A DNA stretch of 63,914 bases, the filler included, from Anaerolineae bacterium (GTDB taxonomy: Bacteria > Chloroflexota > Anaerolineae > Epilineales > Epilineaceae): the NCBI GenBank assembly GCA_029262755.1. It is 7 parts of 7 records of this genome, joined end to end, with 100 filler letters (N's around TTAATTAATTAA, not from the genome) between each part and the next. Parts side by side here need not be neighbours in the genome. Positions count along the whole stretch, not along the records: positions 55,701 to 61,084 come from JAJCYU010000339.1; positions 61,185 to 63,914 come from JAJCYU010000373.1; 5 more parts are not named here. One strand, 5' to 3'. The translations under genes were made by a program, and so were the position numbers. Positions 59,062 to 63,914 of this stretch are shown here, one piece after another. Each line of letters opens with the position of its first letter. Positions within the stretch are counted from its first letter, which is position 1. Under the pieces are notes generated by a model that made no database searches, was not told the origin of the DNA, and saw nothing but the letters and a program-made list of their open reading frames with translations.

Positions 59062-61084
59062 ATGTCATGTAAATCCCGACCTCTATTTGTAATAATATTT
59101 TCAGTATGCTTAATCAACCTTTACTCCATGTGTTCTGGTATTATAGCCACAACTGAAGGTAAAACAAGCTGGGGATCCGGCTTTTATAACAGTGATGATA
59201 AAAGCAATGATGACAGTACAAATCACGATGATGGTAGTAGCGATGATGATTACAAGCATTGCGAGGAATGTAGAAAGAATATAAATAAAAAATGTAAGAG
59301 GCATATTAAAAGAACGGTAAGGCTACGAAAGAACACACCTGGTCATAGGCAAAAAGGAAACATAAATATAAGCGGTACAGCCATTATTGGCAAGAGTGTG
59401 GGAATAGGAGTAGAGAAACCTCAGGGTATTTTGGATGTGGGAGAATTGAAAGATCCTGAAGGTAGTGGAATGTGTCCTATCGGCTATATACATGTTGATT
59501 ATAATGGTAATGGGATAGTAGATGAAAAAGAGTGCTGGCGCGGTATAGTAACTAAAGAAGGCAAGGTGGGGATTAATACCACGGAGCCATCTGCAGAGCT
59601 GGATGTAAATGGAGAAATTGCAGTAAACTCTGTAACAGTAATAAATAGCGATGGGCAATGGGTAGGAGATCCGACAGGATTGCAAGGTCCTGAAGGTCCC
59701 CGAGGCCCGCCAGGACCGCCGGGCCCACCAGGTCCTAGTACGCAAGAAGCATTAGCTACAACAGGATGGGGAGGTACAGAAGGCCCGGCAGGAGCAGATG
59801 GAGTAGGCATCGCTGGTACCGTAGATAACTTAGATGGAACGTTTACCATCTACTATACAGATGATTCAACATTTACCACATCTGACTTTACAGGGGCAAC
59901 AGGCCCGATTGGTCCGCAAGGGCCACAAGGTGAACCAGGCCTAGCTGCTACAGCAGGAGCAGATGGTGCTGAAGGTCCACAGGGTCCGGAAGGTCCGCAA
60001 GGTCCTGCAGGTGCTAATGGTTTAGATGGAGCTGCAGGTGTACAAGGTCCTCAAGGTGATACAGGTCCGGCAGGTGTAAATGGTACAGATGGTGCTGATG
60101 GAGCAACAGGTCCTCAAGGTGATACAGGTCTCCAAGGTTCAATAGGTAATGACGGTCCCCAGGGTCCACAAGGTCCTCAAGGTGATACAGGTCCGGCAGG
60201 TCCAATAGGTCCAGCAGGTACCAGTTCAGAAGGTTTGCAAGGCCCTGAAGGTCCACAAGGTCCAATAGGTGATCCAGGACCTCAAGGTATTCCAGGTACA
60301 AATGGAGCAGATGGCGCTCAGGGTCTACAGGGTGATCCGGGTCCAGTAGGTCTACAAGGTACTCCAGGGTTGGATGGTGCAGACGGTGCTACAGGCTCAC
60401 AAGGTCCGGCAGGTGCGACAGGGCCACAAGGCGAACCAGGTCCAGCTGCTACAGCAGGAGCAGATGGTACTGAAGGCCCACAGGGTCCGGAAGGTCCGCA
60501 AGGTCCTGCAGGTGCTAATGGTTTAGATGGAGCTGCAGGTGTACAAGGTCCTCAAGGTGATTCAGGTCCGGCAGGTTTGAATGGTTCAGACGGTGCTGAT
60601 GGTGCAACAGGTCCACAAGGTCCAATAGGTCCAATGGGTTTGATAGGTCTACAAGGTCCGGCAGGTTTGAATGGTTCAGACGGTGCTGCTGGAGCAACAG
60701 GTCCACAAGGTCCGATAGGTAATGACGGTCCACAGGGTCCGATAGGTCTTACAGGTTCTCAGGGTCCAACAGGTGCTGATGGTACAGATGGTGCACAGGG
60801 CCCTGCAGGAGCAGATGGAGTCGTACAACATCTCTATGCGGATGGTATTCCAGGTCCACAAGGCCCACAAGGAGATACAGGTCTAACTGGTCCGGCAGGT
60901 CCTCAAGGCCCAGCAGGTCCGGCAGGTGCAGACTCAATAGTACCAGGTCTACAAGGTGATCTAGGTCCACAAGGTCCGATAGGCCCAATAGGTTTAACAG
61001 GTACCGCAGGTGCAGATGGAACAAATGGTGTTGACGGAGCTATGGGTCTACAGGGTCCGACAGGAGCCGATGGTGCTACAGGTC
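59062..61084 (+). CDS. Exported collagen-like (Gly-X-Y) protein (3'-truncated)
   Basis: Signal peptide, [18 protein letters not shown] beta motif, long interrupted GXY repeats, AAGGAG RBS. Confidence 0.9.
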
Positions 61085-61184
61085 NNNNNNNNNNNNNNNN
61101 NNNNNNNNNNNNNNNNNNNNNNNNNNNNTTAATTAATTAANNNNNNNNNNNNNNNNNNNNNNNNNNNNNNNNNNNNNNNNNNNN

Positions 61185-63038
61185 GCGGCGCGGCGATCCG
61201 ATGTTGCCGGAGAAGACATCGCCGGTGTTGACCCCCACCCCCATGCGCAGCGGCGGCAGGTCTTGCGCAATCCGTCCATCGTTCATGAGCCGAAGCGCGA
61301 TCAGCATTGCCACACCGGCGCGGACCGCACGATCGGGATCGTCCTTGTGTGTGAACGGCACCCCGAAGACGGCCATGATCTCGTCGCCGATGAACTTGTC
61401 GAGCACGCCGCCCTCGTCCTCGATGCAGGCCACCATGCGCGTGAAGTAATCGTTGAGCAGGGCCACGGTCGCCTGCGGCCCAAGCTTCTCGGTCAACGAT
61501 GTGAAGGCGCGCACGTCCGTGAAGAGCACGCTGGCCACGCTCGCCTTGCCGCCAAGCGACTCTGCATCCGAGCCCAGGAGCTGGTCGGCCACGGCGGGGT
61601 CGACGTAGCGGGCCATCGTGGCGCGCACGCGCTTCTCGCTGCTGATGTCGTCCAGCAGGATCATCGACCCCAACACCGCGCCGTGGCCGTCCGCCAGGGG
61701 CAGCGCGCTGAAGTTGACCGAGACCTCCTCGTCTCCGACCGCGAGCACGGCGTCGACGGCGAGCTGCGGCTCGCACTCCGCGATGGCGGCCGCCATGCGT
61801 GCGACGACCCAATCGTTCGCCGCGCCGAACAACTCGTCGGCCGCCCACCCGACCACCTCAGCCTCGTCGACACGCAAGATGCGTGCACCCGAAGCGTTGC
61901 AGGTGACCACCCTGTCTTCGGTATCGAAGGTCAGGACGCCGTTGCTCATGCTGGCCAGGATGCGATCGTTGTAGCGCTTCATCGTCTGCACGTCATCAAA
62001 GAGCTTGGCGTTCTCGAGGCCGATCGCGATCTGCGCCGTGAAGGCGCGCAGGCGCGAGGCGTCATCGTCGGTGAAGGCGCCGCCGCGTTTGTTGAGCACC
62101 TGGGTGGCGCCGATGCGCTTGCCGTCCTTGTTCGTGACGGGCACGCACAGAATCGAGCGGGTGAAGAATCCCGTCAGCTTGTCGAAGCTGGGGTTGAAGC
62201 GTAGATCCGCGTAGGCGTAGGGGATGTTGATCGAGTGACCGGAGGTGAACACGGCGCCGGCGATGCCGGTGTCGTTGGCCATGCGGATCTTGGTCGCCCC
62301 GAGCCCCTGGCCGATCTCCGTGTAAAGCTCGCCCGTCCGCTCGTCGTTCAGGAACAGCGTCGATCGCTCGGCGTCCAACATGCGCGTCACGGCCGCCATG
62401 ATCTTCTGGAGCAGCGGCCCGAGCTGAATCTCGGTCGAGACCTCAGACACGAGGTCGAGGAACTCGGCCTCCTGCTGGTTGGCGCGCTCCACCTCCTGCG
62501 CAAAGAGCGTGTTGCGTAAGACGATGGCCGCTTGCTGCGCCACCGCCTCCAACAGCACGCGATCGTCGTCGTGAAAGTCACCATCCCGCTTGTTGAGCGC
62601 CTGGGCCACGCCGACCGTCGTCCCGTCCGGTCCGCACAGCGGCACGGCGAGCAACGACCGCGTCTGGAAGCCCGTGAGCTCGTCGAAGCGTCCGTTGAAG
62701 CGATCGTCGACGCGGACATCGGGCACGACGGCCGAACGACCCGTGCTGAAGACGTGCCCCGAAACGCCCTCGGTGTTGAGCAGGCGCAGCTCGCGCCGCA
62801 GCTCGCCGAGCGCGATGCGTGCGTAGAGCTCCCCCGTGCGCGCATCGTTGAGGAACAAGGTGGCGCGCTCGCTGTCCACGGCGTCGGTGATGATCTCCAT
62901 GAGGGCGACGAGCTGCGCGTCGAGCCCGCGCGCGGCGGCGAGACGCCCGTGCACGGAAAGCAACAGCCCCTCGATCCCGCTCTTCGCCGGATCACGGCGG
63001 CCCTCTGCTGCGCCGCCCTCGTGCCCGTGCTCGCTCAT
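61185..63038 (-). CDS. GAF-GAF-PAS class III adenylate cyclase (3'-truncated)
   Basis: Two GAF domains with FD.LTGF.TRS.L.VP and NK motifs, PAS, then LFTDVRAFT and DKFIGDEIMAVFG. Confidence 0.92.
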
Positions 63039-63703
63039 TCCCCGCCTCCCTTGCTGCCGCTCGACGCATTGCCGCCACTCGAAGCCCTGTCGCCGCTCGA
63101 ACCACGACCTGCGCTCGATCGCTCGTCCGCGCTTGAACCGGACGGGCCGCGCGACGTCTCGCCGCCCTCGGATCCGGACCCGCTAGTCTCGGCAAGCCCA
63201 CGCGCTTCCGCCTCTTCGAGCTGCTTGCGCACGGCCGTGATCGTGTCCTGCAGCTGCACCATCTCGCGCCGCGCCACGCGACGCACCTCCGCGAGCGCGG
63301 CCTCATGCGCCCCCTGCCGCGTGGCCAGCTCTTCGCGCAAGGCCTGCACGGTAGCCTGCAGCTCCGCGGATGCGGCGACCGCGTCGGCGGCCGCACGCTG
63401 CTCGGCAAGCGAACCGTCGATACGCGCCTGCTCCAGCCGGTCGCGCAGGGCTTGGATGGTCTGTTGGAGCTGGTCGTGCTCGCGGGCATGAAGCGCGCGT
63501 TCGACGCGCTCGGCCTCGTTGTACGCCGCTTCCTGCCGCTCCAGCTGGTCGCGCAAGGCCTGAATCGTCTCGTGCAGCAGCCGCGCCTCACGTCGGGCCG
63601 CCGCGAGGTCCGCCCGCGCCCGATCGAGCTCGGCGCCGATCATCGCGTCGGCGCTTCGCCCGTCGCTCTCCAACGCATCCATCGGGTTCGGGCTTATGGC
63701 CAC
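63035..63703 (-). CDS. Repeat coiled-coil protein translationally coupled to the cyclase (start uncertain)
   Basis: Four L..T[IV].A[LV]R..L units, ATGA overlap with the cyclase gene. Confidence 0.7.
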   Translation of the reverse strand: MAISPNPMDALESDGRSADAMIGAELDRARADLAAARREARLLHETIQALRDQLERQEAAYNEAERVERALHAREHDQLQQTIQALRDRLEQARIDGSLAEQRAAADAVAASAELQATVQALREELATRQGAHEAALAEVRRVARREMVQLQDTITAVRKQLEEAEARGLAETSGSGSEGGETSRGPSGSSADERSSAGRGSSGDRASSGGNASSGSKGGGE

Positions 63704-63914
63704 GGAAGGCTCCTGGTCCTTGCGTCTGCGTGCGACGCCGGTGCACTACGATGCAACGAGGACGCCCGAACGTCGAATGCACCCGTCGCCCGGCACGTCG
63801 CGTTGTCTCCGGCGTCGCATCGGTCGTCGTTCCCCCGCGTCACATCGGTTGTCGCATCCAGCGTCGATCCTCGCACGGCACGTCGCACCATCCGACTTAA
63901 CGCATCCCGCAACC

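Overview
The window joins seven contigs with artificial N44-TTAATTAATTAA-N44 spacers, so gene adjacency holds only within a contig. Six contigs are GC-rich and look like a Chloroflexota (Anaerolineae-like) genome. This is an inference from the VWA, NHL and PLD surface proteins with Pro/Thr linkers and the 'YLP/WLP' motif. Contig 6 (55701-61084) is AT-rich and probably comes from a different organism. Content: several exported VWA and NHL beta-propeller proteins, a VapBC-type toxin-antitoxin pair, a phospholipase D, a K+ channel, glycosyltransferases, lgt, seven tRNAs, RNase P RNA, the rplO-secY-rpmJ-rpsM-rpsK-rpoA-rplQ-truA-rplM-rpsI cluster, a stand-alone rpoC followed by rpsA, a serpin, a collagen-like protein and a GAF-GAF-PAS adenylate cyclase. 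Main signals hidden from the ORF track: (1) two genes split by in-frame TGA codons at catalytic Cys positions and followed by SECIS-like hairpins, namely formate dehydrogenase alpha and a thioredoxin-NHL (NHLRC2/SOQ1-like) protein with a C-U-x-x-C motif; (2) an RNase P RNA whose catalytic P4 helix is rewritten by fully compensatory changes; (3) a short [VI]-[YWL]-L-P-hydrophobic motif shared by five exported-type proteins of three different folds, a candidate lineage-specific sorting or anchoring signal; (4) a tRNA-Arg with a GCG anticodon; (5) rpoC detached from rpoB, with its own promoter, a structured leader and a very acidic tail.
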